Of a stretch of 64,000 nucleotides of DNA, positions 1 to 8,259 are shown piece after piece. Below the pieces are notes generated by a model. It saw nothing but the letters and a program-made list of their open reading frames with translations. It searched no databases and was not told the origin of the DNA. Source of the DNA: an uncultured Gammaproteobacteria bacterium (GTDB lineage: Bacteria > Pseudomonadota > Gammaproteobacteria > Steroidobacterales > Steroidobacteraceae); contig CAVYNJ010000004.1 of NCBI GenBank assembly GCA_963769895.1, positions 5,882-69,881 on the forward strand, given 5' to 3'. The number at the start of each line of letters is the position of its first letter. Within the stretch, counting starts at the first letter, position 1. Made by a program: the position numbers and the translations under genes.

Positions 1-1
1 G

Positions 2-469
2 AAGGCCTTCAATATTCCCGTCGTGCTGAGCTCGGTCGGCGTCGAGATGGGTGTGAACCGCCCGACACGCGCCTCGATCCGGAATGAATTGCCCGAACTT
101 GAGGTGATCGACCGAAGTTCAATGGACGCCTGGGAAGACCGGTCGTTTCGCGCCGCGGTTGAGAAAACCGGCCGGAAAAAACTGATCTTTGCCGCGCTCT
201 ATACCGAGATCTGTCTCGCGTTCCCGGTGGTGGATGCCATTCGCGATGGTTATGAGGCGATGTTCGTCGTCGACGCCGTTGGCGGCATGTCGCAACTCGC
301 GCACCGCACCGCAGTCGAGCGCCTGACCGCCGCCGGGGCGATTCCGAACACTTCCCTCGCACTGATCACCGAACTCTTCCGCGACTGGAAGTCACCGCTT
401 GCCAACAAGGCTCGGGACGTCATCAGGTGGTACCTCCCCGAGGTTCAGAAACTTGCAGCGAGTCGCTGA
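2..469 (+). CDS. isochorismatase-family (cysteine hydrolase) protein, 5' end cut by window edge
   Basis: The frame is open from base 2. 'KKLIFAALYTEICLAFPVVDAIRDGYEAMFVVDAVGG' matches the C-terminal half of isochorismatase/YcaC-like hydrolases. Confidence 0.7.
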   Translation, partial: KAFNIPVVLSSVGVEMGVNRPTRASIRNELPELEVIDRSSMDAWEDRSFRAAVEKTGRKKLIFAALYTEICLAFPVVDAIRDGYEAMFVVDAVGGMSQLAHRTAVERLTAAGAIPNTSLALITELFRDWKSPLANKARDVIRWYLPEVQKLAASR

Positions 470-546
470 GGCGGCCGCATGGGCTTCCTGCGCCGGACAA
501 TGGAGGCGTGACGCTCGTTGTCACATCGATTTGAAAGGGAAACACG

Positions 547-1416
547 ATGTCAAATTCAATTGCAACAATGAACCGATCCGCAGCAATTACCGGCGCAGGC
601 GCCGGTCTGGGCCGAGAGATTGCACTGGGACTCGCGGCCAAAGGCTATGGCGTTTTCGGCACGGCCTTGTCCGACGTGGAGGTACAAGATCTGAAGTCTG
701 CCTCAAACGGCCGCGTGCGCCTGGCAATTTGCGACCTGACCAAGGAAGTGGCGGTGCAGGCCTGGGCGGATAGTGTCTCCGATGCGCTCGGGGATGCCGG
801 GCTCGATTTGCTAATCAACAACGCCGGCATCCTGACGCCAGGACCGGTCGAGGTTCTGTCGCTCAATGCCATCCGGCGCGAGTTTGATGTCAATGTTTTC
901 GGCGCCCTGTCGGTCATCAACGCCTTTCTGCCGGCGCTTCGCAAGGCACGTGGACGCATCGTTCAGGTCAGCACCTGGACGGCCAGCGTGCCGCTACCCT
1001 TCAACGGACCATCCGGCGCATCGAAGGCGGCCATGGAAGTGTTTTCGGCGGTTTATCGCGCAGAGTTGAAGTCCTTCGGCATCGATGTTGTCGTGGCTGC
1101 CGCCGGCAACATGAAAACCGGTGGCCCTGCAAAGACGGCATCCGCCCTAGAGCGTGTCGCCCACGACATGACGCCGGCGCAACGCGCCTTATATGGACCT
1201 GCGTTCGAAACATTCACTGCCAAGCTCAATGACATGCAAGGTAGTGGGCTCGACGCCGTGTCGGCTGCCTTGCGCGTGATCAAACTGGCTGAGCAGATAC
1301 CCGCGCCAAGCCGCGCCGCCGTTGGCGTCGACGCCGAGCTCATGCTCAAGGCCGCTCGGGAAAAAACAGATGCCGAACTGGATGCACTTCGCCTCCAGAT
1401 TGTCGGTCTCGGCTGA
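547..1416 (+). CDS. short-chain dehydrogenase/reductase (SDR)
   Basis: N-terminal Rossmann motif 'ITGAGAGLGREIAL', 'NNAGI', and an active-site region 'SGASKAAMEV'. Length is 289 aa. Confidence 0.85.
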   Translation: MSNSIATMNRSAAITGAGAGLGREIALGLAAKGYGVFGTALSDVEVQDLKSASNGRVRLAICDLTKEVAVQAWADSVSDALGDAGLDLLINNAGILTPGPVEVLSLNAIRREFDVNVFGALSVINAFLPALRKARGRIVQVSTWTASVPLPFNGPSGASKAAMEVFSAVYRAELKSFGIDVVVAAAGNMKTGGPAKTASALERVAHDMTPAQRALYGPAFETFTAKLNDMQGSGLDAVSAALRVIKLAEQIPAPSRAAVGVDAELMLKAAREKTDAELDALRLQIVGLG

Positions 1417-1459
1417 TACCACCACTTACCTCGTATTTTTCTCAAAGAAGGAGACTTCG

Positions 1460-1918
1460 ATGCTGGTGCTCATAAATCCAAACGATAGCCACGCCGTGCG
1501 CAACAAGGACAACGTGCTCGCTCTTTATGATCTAATGATCAACAAGAAAAAGTCGGAAGAAGCGACGGCAAAGTTCCTTCGTCCCGACTACGTCCAGCAC
1601 AACCCCCTGATCGCAGACGGATCGGTGGCCTTGGGGCAGTACTTTGGTCAGGTCACTCGCGCGCATCAGCGCGCGCGGGTGGTGGTCCACAGGATCGTCG
1701 CCGTCGGCGACTACGTATTCGCACATGTGAATTTTTTGAATCTTCTGACCGACGACCCGGCGGACACGGGTATCGCCGGTGTCGATATCTACCGGTTCGA
1801 CAACGATGGAAAAGCGGTTGAGCATTGGGACACTCTGCAACTCGTGGGTGACCCGGCTAACTCGGCCCCGTGGGTCGCCTCGAATATCCCTCGCGCCAAT
1901 CCCCACGGGATGTTCTGA
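1460..1918 (+). CDS. SnoaL-like / NTF2-fold protein
   Basis: The ATG at 1460 is preceded by AAGGAG. The product is about 150 aa, with 'YVQHNPLIADG...' and 'VEHWD' typical of SnoaL-like polyketide-cyclase-fold proteins. The longer ORF-track start at 1322 overlaps the SDR gene. Confidence 0.7.
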   Translation: MLVLINPNDSHAVRNKDNVLALYDLMINKKKSEEATAKFLRPDYVQHNPLIADGSVALGQYFGQVTRAHQRARVVVHRIVAVGDYVFAHVNFLNLLTDDPADTGIAGVDIYRFDNDGKAVEHWDTLQLVGDPANSAPWVASNIPRANPHGMF

Positions 1919-2095
1919 CGGAAGGATCCGGTCGCGAGTCAATGCATACGAATTCCATACCAAGCCGCAGTCCTTTGTTTGGTGAGGCGCGCCAACGTGG
2001 TGCTCAAATATTCCTCATTCGGTAATCAACGCACGCCCAGGCCTCATCAGTTCGGCGGCACACAAGACCTTGCAATCACCGATCAACAGCGCCCG

Positions 2096-3691
2096 TTAAT
2101 CTTCTCGCGCTCGAGCGCGCGCCGGGTCTCCTCCAATCATCAACCAGGCACTGATCGCGCTGGCTAGCGCGAGAGATGCAGCGAGCAACATGACGCGACG
2201 AAATCCTGACACGAAGGCCTCGCCGATCGCGCGGCGTACGGCAAGATGTGTGTCCGTTGGCAAGCTCGCTGGCGGCTCGATCGCCGCGAGCTTAGCCCGC
2301 TGCGCGATGACCGCCTCGGCGGTCATTGGGGCAACATTGGCCGCCGCAAGTTTATGCGGCAGGTCCGCATTGAAGGTACTGAACATCACGATTCCGAAGC
2401 TCGCGATGGCCAGTAATCCAGCGACGCCGGCAACCGCGTTATTAACACCCGACGCAGTACCCACGGCGCTGGGAGGCACCGCCCCCATGACCGTCGTAGT
2501 TAGCGGCGCGACGGTTACCGTCATGCCAAAGCCCAGCACCGCCGCCGCCGGGAAAAACGTGACCCAGTAGCTGCCACCGATGTGGGGAACGGCGAATAAC
2601 GCAAACCCGCATGCGGCGATCGTCGGGCCAATCACCAGGGGAAGCCTTGCGCCATGGCGCTCCGTCAAGCCACCCGCCCAGCGTGACAAGATGAACATGA
2701 GCAACACGAAGGGTAACAACGCCCCGCCCGCTGCGGCCGCGGAATATCCCTGCACCTGGATGAGATTCAGCGGGAGAAAGAACAAACTCCCTCCGAGCGC
2801 TGCATACAGCAACAGCGTCATCAGGTTCGCGCCGGCGAATTCGCGCGAGCGAAACAGATTCAGCGGCAACATAGGTGCCGGATGATGCAATTCGACCCAC
2901 AGGAAACCAGGCAACGTCAAAAGGCCGATCGCCAGTGCACCAAGCACCCATGAATCGGTCCAGCCAAGGGTTTGCGAGCTTATGAGCGCATAGACGATGC
3001 TAGCCAGAGATAGTGCAGCCAGTACTGAGCCCCACCAGTCAATAGTCCTGGCCGCAGACTCGTCCCGACCGTCAGGGATGAAGCGGAAGGTCAATACCAC
3101 TACAACCAAGGCACTGGGGACGTTAAGGAAGAACGCGTAGCGCCAGCCGGCGTGGTCAATGAGAAAACCACCCAACACCGGCCCGAACGCGCTGGTAATG
3201 GCAGTGAATCCTGACCAAGTTCCAATAGCTCGGCCTCGTTGGTCCTTATCGAACGAGGCGCTCAAAACGGCCAAGCTGCCTGGTATCAACAGGGCGCCAC
3301 CGACTCCCTGAAGTCCTCGAGCTAAGATGAGCATCTCGACGCCGCTAGACAGGCCGCATATGGCCGATGAAGCCGTGAATATGACCACGCCGATTACGAA
3401 CACTTGTCGCCGACCGAAGAGATCTCCCGCCGACCCGCCGACGAGCATTAACGCCGCGAGCGTCAACTCATAGGCCTCGATAACCCACTGGCTCTTGGCG
3501 AGCGTTGCTCCCAGTGATCGCTGAAGCGCTGGCAGCATCACATTGACCACGGTCCCGTCGATGAACGCCATGCTTGAGGCAAGAATCGTCGTCGCAAGAA
3601 TCCAGCGCGCCGCGCTCTTTGTACGCGCCGGCGGAGTCCGCACCGCTGAGTCCATCACTCGGGTGCACGGGAGTGCGGGTACGGTGGTCAT
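2096..3691 (-). CDS. MFS transporter, DHA2 (EmrB/QacA, 14-TMS) family
   Basis: 531 aa and highly hydrophobic. Contains 'LASSMAFIDGTVVNVMLPALQ' and 'GGSAGDLFGRRQVF', which are MFS motif A-like sequences. Confidence 0.85.
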   Translation of the reverse strand: MTTVPALPCTRVMDSAVRTPPARTKSAARWILATTILASSMAFIDGTVVNVMLPALQRSLGATLAKSQWVIEAYELTLAALMLVGGSAGDLFGRRQVFVIGVVIFTASSAICGLSSGVEMLILARGLQGVGGALLIPGSLAVLSASFDKDQRGRAIGTWSGFTAITSAFGPVLGGFLIDHAGWRYAFFLNVPSALVVVVLTFRFIPDGRDESAARTIDWWGSVLAALSLASIVYALISSQTLGWTDSWVLGALAIGLLTLPGFLWVELHHPAPMLPLNLFRSREFAGANLMTLLLYAALGGSLFFLPLNLIQVQGYSAAAAGGALLPFVLLMFILSRWAGGLTERHGARLPLVIGPTIAACGFALFAVPHIGGSYWVTFFPAAAVLGFGMTVTVAPLTTTVMGAVPPSAVGTASGVNNAVAGVAGLLAIASFGIVMFSTFNADLPHKLAAANVAPMTAEAVIAQRAKLAAIEPPASLPTDTHLAVRRAIGEAFVSGFRRVMLLAASLALASAISAWLMIGGDPARARARED

Positions 3692-3741
3692 CTACACAGT
3701 GTCATCGTTTAGTAGCACCTCGCAGCAGCTATCTGCCAGAC

Positions 3742-3810
3742 GGTCCATTGCCATTTCCGTCGGGTCCAATACTCGAACTAAATATGCTTCATTAGCAATT
3801 CGCACCCCAC
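3742..3810 (+). repeat. junction repeat family, copy A
   Basis: Aligns by eye with 8001-8060, 31795-31860 and 37112-37180. Shared core: GTCGATTGCC...TCGAACTAAA(A/T)ATGC.TCAT..G..AATTCGCAC.CCA. Confidence 0.6.
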
Positions 3811-3828
3811 ACCCAATATCCCGCTGTG

Positions 3829-4239
3829 TCAGGTCAAGATCGATTCGGCAAGCGACCGCGGTGAATGAATAACTACGCCGCCGAATACCTTGCCATAGCC
3901 GGTGCCGAAGTGGGTGCGGTCACCGGTCACAAGAGCGTCGCATCGCAGTTGGATGGCCGCGGACAGCACGGGACGGTCCGTCGGCGAAAGCCAATCAAGG
4001 GACTCATGGGATGTTTCCGCGCCTCGCCGATGCGCGATTTGAACCGATCGCGGTAACACGTCAAGTGTCTGCACCGAAGTCGGAGATTTCGTGCTTAGGT
4101 TTCGACGAGCCTCGGTGATGACGTAGTCGTCGACCCAACATTCATGACCTCTTTCCAGTAGAAGTTTAATCAGCCGCGCTACCGCGCCCTCTGATTTGCT
4201 AGCTGAGAAGAGAATATTGGCATCCAGAAAGATGCGCAT
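3829..4239 (-). CDS. vapC: PIN-domain toxin (VapC-like)
   Basis: 'MRIFLDANILFSA...' start and 'VTGDRTHF' near the C-terminus. It lies immediately downstream of an AbrB-type antitoxin gene. Confidence 0.8.
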   Translation of the reverse strand: MRIFLDANILFSASKSEGAVARLIKLLLERGHECWVDDYVITEARRNLSTKSPTSVQTLDVLPRSVQIAHRRGAETSHESLDWLSPTDRPVLSAAIQLRCDALVTGDRTHFGTGYGKVFGGVVIHSPRSLAESILT

Positions 4240-4259
4240 ACGATGGACGTCGGCGGTGT

Positions 4260-4544
4260 CTAGCGGGTCGCCGCGCGCGGCCTTCGTTTTGCGCGTTTCC
4301 CACCGGTGGATTTTCGCGTCAACAGGTCCGCGAGCTCCGCCTCGGAATCGTCGAATTCACGAATTCGCGCACTCGTATACATTTCGATCGGCAAGGTTAC
4401 GGCAGGTCGAAGCAACAAGCCTTCCGGTGTGATCTCGGCGATCAATTGGTCGTCTGCCTTCAATTGCAAGGCGGAGCGCAATTTTGACGGTAACGTGATG
4501 ATGCCGCGACTGGACATGGTAACGGTAGTTTTCATGATTCGCAC
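4260..4544 (-). CDS. vapB: AbrB/MazE/SpoVT-type antitoxin (VapB-like)
   Basis: 'MKTTVTMSSRGIITLPSKLRSALQLKADDQL' is the swapped-hairpin AbrB motif. It sits 20 nt upstream of the PIN gene. Confidence 0.8.
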   Translation of the reverse strand: MRIMKTTVTMSSRGIITLPSKLRSALQLKADDQLIAEITPEGLLLRPAVTLPIEMYTSARIREFDDSEAELADLLTRKSTGGKRAKRRPRAATR

Positions 4545-4876
4545 AATATCAGTAATGCTGTAATACGGTCAATTTCCCATGAGCTTGCTCGCAGCTCGCG
4601 ATGTGCCGATGGTCTGATGCAGGCACTCGACTGTTAAGGGATCGACTCGCGGTTTTCGCAAAGTAGTGCACTTCATCCGTGATACGAATTGCGGTGATTG
4701 TCGATGGGATCGATCCGGAGTAATCGCTGCCCTGGCCCCCCGAATTGCGTCCAATATTACAAGGCGGTTTCTAGGGAATACAGACGCCTATCTAGCCGTA
4801 TCTGGCAAATATATTGGACAACATGGTCCTCTATTATCGTGAGGAAACAATATGTTACGATTGATCGAGTTCCAGC

Positions 4877-4921
4877 CTTCGAACCAGGGGGCCGGGGGTT
4901 CGAGTCCCTCCGGGCGCGCCA
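4877..4921 (+). repeat. tRNA-Arg(UCG)-like 3' half (anticodon loop to CCA), att-like fragment, copy 1
   Basis: Sequence is CTTCGAA CCAGG GGGCC GGGGG TTCGAGT CCCTC CGGGCGC G CCA. It reads as anticodon loop (UCG), T-arm, acceptor 3' strand and CCA. The upstream sequence cannot form the 5' half (no GCGCCCG acceptor strand). Confidence 0.75.
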
Positions 4922-4931
4922 ACAACAGGTA

Positions 4932-5465
4932 GTGTCAGTGGCAGCAGCCTCCCGCCTCGGCAGACAGCTCGAAGAAGTCATCGCCAGCTTGAGCAAGGCG
5001 GATGCGCGGTTTGCGTTGATTGGCGGGCTCGCCTTGGCGTCTCACAAAGTGATTCGCGCCACGCAGGACATCGACCTGCTCACCGATTCTGAAAAAGCCG
5101 AGGACATCGACCGCGAGTTAGTTGCGATCGGCTATCGGTGTCTTCATCGCAGCCCCGATGCTGGCAACTACCTGCGCGGTGACGAGCGCGTGGACTTCAT
5201 CTACGCCAGCCGCCCCGCGGCGCGCGGTTTGCTCAGTAACGCCACATCGATCCAAACGGCTTTCGGCGAACTGCGCGTCGTCAGCGCCGAGGGATTGATT
5301 GGGTTGAAGATCCAGGCCTTCGTCAACAATCCGCGCCGCACGCAGGACCTGGAGGATATCAAGGCCCTGGTCGCTGCGAATCGGCAAGCGCTGAAGATGG
5401 ACGAGGTACGCGAGTACTTCCAGCTTTTCAATCGTGAAGCGTTGCTCGAGGAAATTCTAAAGTGA
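4932..5465 (+). CDS. nucleotidyltransferase-fold protein (AbiEii/DUF1814-like)
   Basis: 'FALIGGLALASHKVIRATQDIDLL' has the GG.A...H...R.T.DIDL signature of AbiEii-type NTases. I place a GTG start just after the tRNA fragment. The upstream part of the ORF-track frame crosses the tRNA fragment and is not credible. Confidence 0.6.
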   Translation: MSVAAASRLGRQLEEVIASLSKADARFALIGGLALASHKVIRATQDIDLLTDSEKAEDIDRELVAIGYRCLHRSPDAGNYLRGDERVDFIYASRPAARGLLSNATSIQTAFGELRVVSAEGLIGLKIQAFVNNPRRTQDLEDIKALVAANRQALKMDEVREYFQLFNREALLEEILK

Positions 5466-5644
5466 GTGTACCTACCGATAACGGCCAACCGTTTGCCGCC
5501 GATGGCGGCGTCACTCACGTGCCGGCGGTGACAAGCCGTGATCCATTTGAAGCCTTGGATGACTTGATGACGGTCATCGAGGCGTTGTGTCCTGTTTGGC
5601 CGGACCGCGAGCTATTCTCGGCTACGGACCGATTCTTGATCTAG
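5462..5644 (+). CDS. hypothetical small protein, coupled to the NTase gene
   Basis: Its GTG start overlaps the NTase stop (GTGA). 60 aa, no recognisable motif. Confidence 0.35.
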   Translation: MSVPTDNGQPFAADGGVTHVPAVTSRDPFEALDDLMTVIEALCPVWPDRELFSATDRFLI

Positions 5645-5730
5645 TGCTCTCACCAAGACCCAATCTGCCCTGGCTGAAAAGCGGGTGCGGCGCGCGGTCG
5701 CAGCATGAGGTGGCCGCCGGGGGGGGAATT

Positions 5731-5970
5731 GTGAGCAACGACAATAACATTGGAGGCGCAAATCCCTCGTACCGCGGCTATGACTATCAAAAGTTGGTAA
5801 CCGTTTGGGTGGCGCTCGATCTCATGTTCGATTCCAAGCCTTCGGCGCACGAAATCATCGTCGAACCAGCGTCACACGATGACGTTAAGGCCAAGCTAGA
5901 GGTTTCGCGTTCTGTCCAAAAGCTAAAACGACATCCTTTCGGGCCTCAGGCGGCGGCTGCGAGGTGCTAG
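5731..5970 (+). pseudogene. N-terminal fragment of a Cap4/DUF4297-like defence nuclease
   Basis: A GTG preceded by GGGGGG, then 'GGANPSYRGYDYQKLVTVWVALDLM'. This resembles the G..(G)(F/Y).YQ N-terminal signature of DUF4297-type nuclease domains. The frame degenerates after about 60 aa and runs into the mazF 3' end. Confidence 0.4.
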
Positions 5971-6020
5971 TCGTCGAGCATGGCACCAGGCGGTGGCGAG
6001 TTCGCCAGTGCGCGGGCGCG

Positions 6021-6368
6021 TTAATGGCCTGCGAGGCCAAGCTCGTGACTGATCTGGCCCAACGCCTGCCTAAGCAGCGTAGACGATATTTTCCCAAGTC
6101 TCCTCGCGTCGGACGCCTCGATGGTGGCGATCTTCGCGCAGCGAATCACTGAAGGCACGGGCAGCCCGGCCGCGGCGATATCCTTCACGGCCACATCGGT
6201 CGGCCAGCCGCGGTTATCCGCGCTGGTAATCATGACCACCCAAATCAGATGATGGGCTTCTTCCAGGGTTCCCGCGGAAACCACCAATGCAGGCCGCGAT
6301 TGCCGGGTCGCTCGGTCCGTGTACGGGAAGGGGATCTTGATGACGTCGCCTTGCTTAAAGTTTGCCAT
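6021..6368 (-). CDS. mazF: MazF/PemK-family endoribonuclease toxin
   Basis: 'MANFKQGDVIKIPFPYTD...RPALVVS' is the canonical PemK/MazF N-terminus. Its start overlaps the antitoxin stop by 14 nt. Confidence 0.85.
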   Translation of the reverse strand: MANFKQGDVIKIPFPYTDRATRQSRPALVVSAGTLEEAHHLIWVVMITSADNRGWPTDVAVKDIAAAGLPVPSVIRCAKIATIEASDARRLGKISSTLLRQALGQISHELGLAGH

Positions 6369-6573
6369 AGGCTTTCCGGTCGGCTGGCGAGTCCCACTCG
6401 CCAAAAGTGCGAAATGGATCGTCCCCTTCCCGCACTTGCCTGGCCTTGGTGAGAATGACCCGCTGTCCCTCAATTTCGTAGACCAGCTCGTCGCCTTCTT
6501 GCAGATGCAGTGCCGCCCTGATGGGCTGTGGAATTGTCGTTTGCGCTTTGGTCGTCAGCTTGCTCGTGATCAT
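6355..6573 (-). CDS. mazE: AbrB/MazE-type antitoxin
   Basis: 'MITSKLTTKAQTTIPQPIRAALHLQEGDELVYEI' is a SpoVT/AbrB fold motif. Confidence 0.8.
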   Translation of the reverse strand: MITSKLTTKAQTTIPQPIRAALHLQEGDELVYEIEGQRVILTKARQVREGDDPFRTFGEWDSPADRKAYGKL

Positions 6574-6586
6574 CGGCCGCCTCTTG

Positions 6587-6623
6587 CTGTAAGGATGTTC
6601 CTTACTGTAAGGAAATTCCTTGC
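6587..6623 (-). promoter_or_regulatory. putative mazEF operator (two adjacent palindromes)
   Basis: GTAAGGAtgtTCCTTAC is followed by tGTAAGGAAATTCCTTgc. The site begins 14 nt upstream of the mazE start codon. Confidence 0.5.
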
Positions 6624-6671
6624 CGCTGTCAATTGCGGTTGTCCAAGCGAAACGACGCTGTAGGAGGCGAA

Positions 6672-7665
6672 TTACCAATCAGGCGGCGACGGGAGTTTCG
6701 AAAAGCCGTTGCAATGGCGTTCCCAGACATAGTGAGCCAGGCTTGCCTTCGGTGATGAAGAACTCCCGGCACGATTCGTTGGCGTGTGACCGTCGAGGGA
6801 GCGGTGCACGCGAACTCTGTTGTAATAGGTTCGGAATTTGTCGAGCTTTCGGTGTAGATCGATCGAATTCCAGAAGAACGTGTGGTCCAGATAGGGGCAC
6901 CGACTTGATCTCCTCGACCTCGAGGATCCGTGGATTGGCGAGCCGCCGCTGAAAGCGGAACACTGGGTCGTGATCCGTACTGACCCGAACGGGTGGTGCA
7001 TGGCCGACAATAGCGTGATTGAGCATGCGGCACACCGCCGGGCCGTCAATGTACTCGCCTCCGATGCCAAAGCCGATGATGCGGCGGGTGAACACATCCA
7101 TGACCATAAGGACCCATTGGCCACGCAGCAGGATCGACTCGCAACGAAACAGGTCGACGTTCCAGAGGCTGTCCTTGGCTTGCGCGAAGAAGGTGAGCCA
7201 GGAGGGATCCGAGCCGTTCGGATGATCTGGGCCGTAATGCGTCGCGAAGACCCTAGGGACGACATCCTTATCAATCTGAACGGCGAATGCATGGGAGTTC
7301 TGTTCGGCAACGCGCTGATGGCCGAATCTCGGGTTACGGACCTTCATCTCGAGGATGGCTGCCATGATTTCCGCCGCCTGCCCCGTCGGTCGGGACTTGC
7401 GCTGGGCTCCCGCGGACGAGAACAGGCGGCGATATTTCCGATCGACCAGCGCCTTGTGGAATCGCAACAGCGTCTCCGGCTTGAGAATCGCGGCGAGCTT
7501 CGCGACGCGTCGGGGACGCACGAACAGCGTCGTCAATCCGAGCACGAATCGATCGACTGTGGTCAGGGACGGGGCGCGTCGACGGCAGCGGTGGCTGATG
7601 ATGCGTGGCACGCCTCGCGCAAGGTCGACGTCAGCAAAGTTCCTCGCCTCGCAGTATAACGACAT
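6672..7665 (-). mobile_element. DDE (rve-type) transposase gene, inactivated by internal deletion/frameshift
   Basis: The N-terminal HTH region ('PETLLRFHKALVDRKYRRLF') and the catalytic core up to 'STDHDPVFRFQRRLANPRILEVEEIKSVP' are in one frame. The C-terminus 'YLDHTFFWNSIDLHRKLDKFRTYYNRVRVHRSLDGHTP' is in another. The roughly 20-aa segment that normally carries the catalytic Glu is missing. Confidence 0.75.
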
Positions 7666-7864
7666 CGAAATCCGTGCCTGTGCCGGACTTGGGTGTTTGT
7701 GCTTGGGATAAGGCCGATGCTTGCGGGACTTTTGCGTGACTCAGTGCTGCTTCGTTATGCGCCGTCGTGACAAATGCAACGGTATCCGTGCGGCGATGGC
7801 TGCATAACTCTCTGATGCTCAATCAATAATAAATTGTCGAAAAATATGCATCGAGCTTCCAGCC

Positions 7865-7898
7865 GAGGGGCCGGCGCTTCGAGTCCCTCCGGGCGCGC
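7865..7898 (+). repeat. degenerate tRNA-Arg-like 3' fragment, copy 2
   Basis: GAGGGGCCGGCGCTTCGAGTCCCTCCGGGCGCGC. The T-arm and acceptor strand match copies 1 and 3, with a few changes and a deletion in the anticodon-arm part. Confidence 0.55.
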
Positions 7899-8000
7899 TT
7901 TGGAATCAAGGCCAGCCACGCTTCGCGGCTCCGACGTGTCCAATATCTAGTACGTTCATCCAATATCGGCCGTGCCAACATCAAACATCTTCTGCCCGCC

Positions 8001-8060
8001 GGTCGATTGTCACTTCAATGAGGCTCGAACTAATTTTGCCTAATTGGTAATTCGCGCCAC
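8001..8060 (+). repeat. junction repeat family, copy B (most diverged)
   Basis: GGTCGATTGTC...CTCGAACTAATTTTGCC.AATTGGTAATTCGCGCCAC aligns with copies A, C and D. Confidence 0.5.
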
Positions 8061-8259
8061 ACATCCGCGTTGCCGGATCGATTCGCCGCGGCTTCACGCC
8101 GCGTTCGAAGTATAAGGCGAACTGCCGACGCGGCATCAGGATCTCCGCGGTCAGGGCGCCTTACCGCCGGACGGCGAGCGGTACAGCCCCTGCTGGATCG
8201 GTCAGCACCAGCAGCACAATATAAAGCAGCGCGATCACGCGACAATAATGTCACATTGG

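Noticed and set aside
6672-7665. Programmed ribosomal frameshift in the transposase (IS3-like orfA/orfB)
   Set aside because: The frame change lies inside the catalytic domain and coincides with loss of about 20 codons, including the catalytic Glu region. There is no slippery heptamer at the junction. This is a deletion, not recoding.
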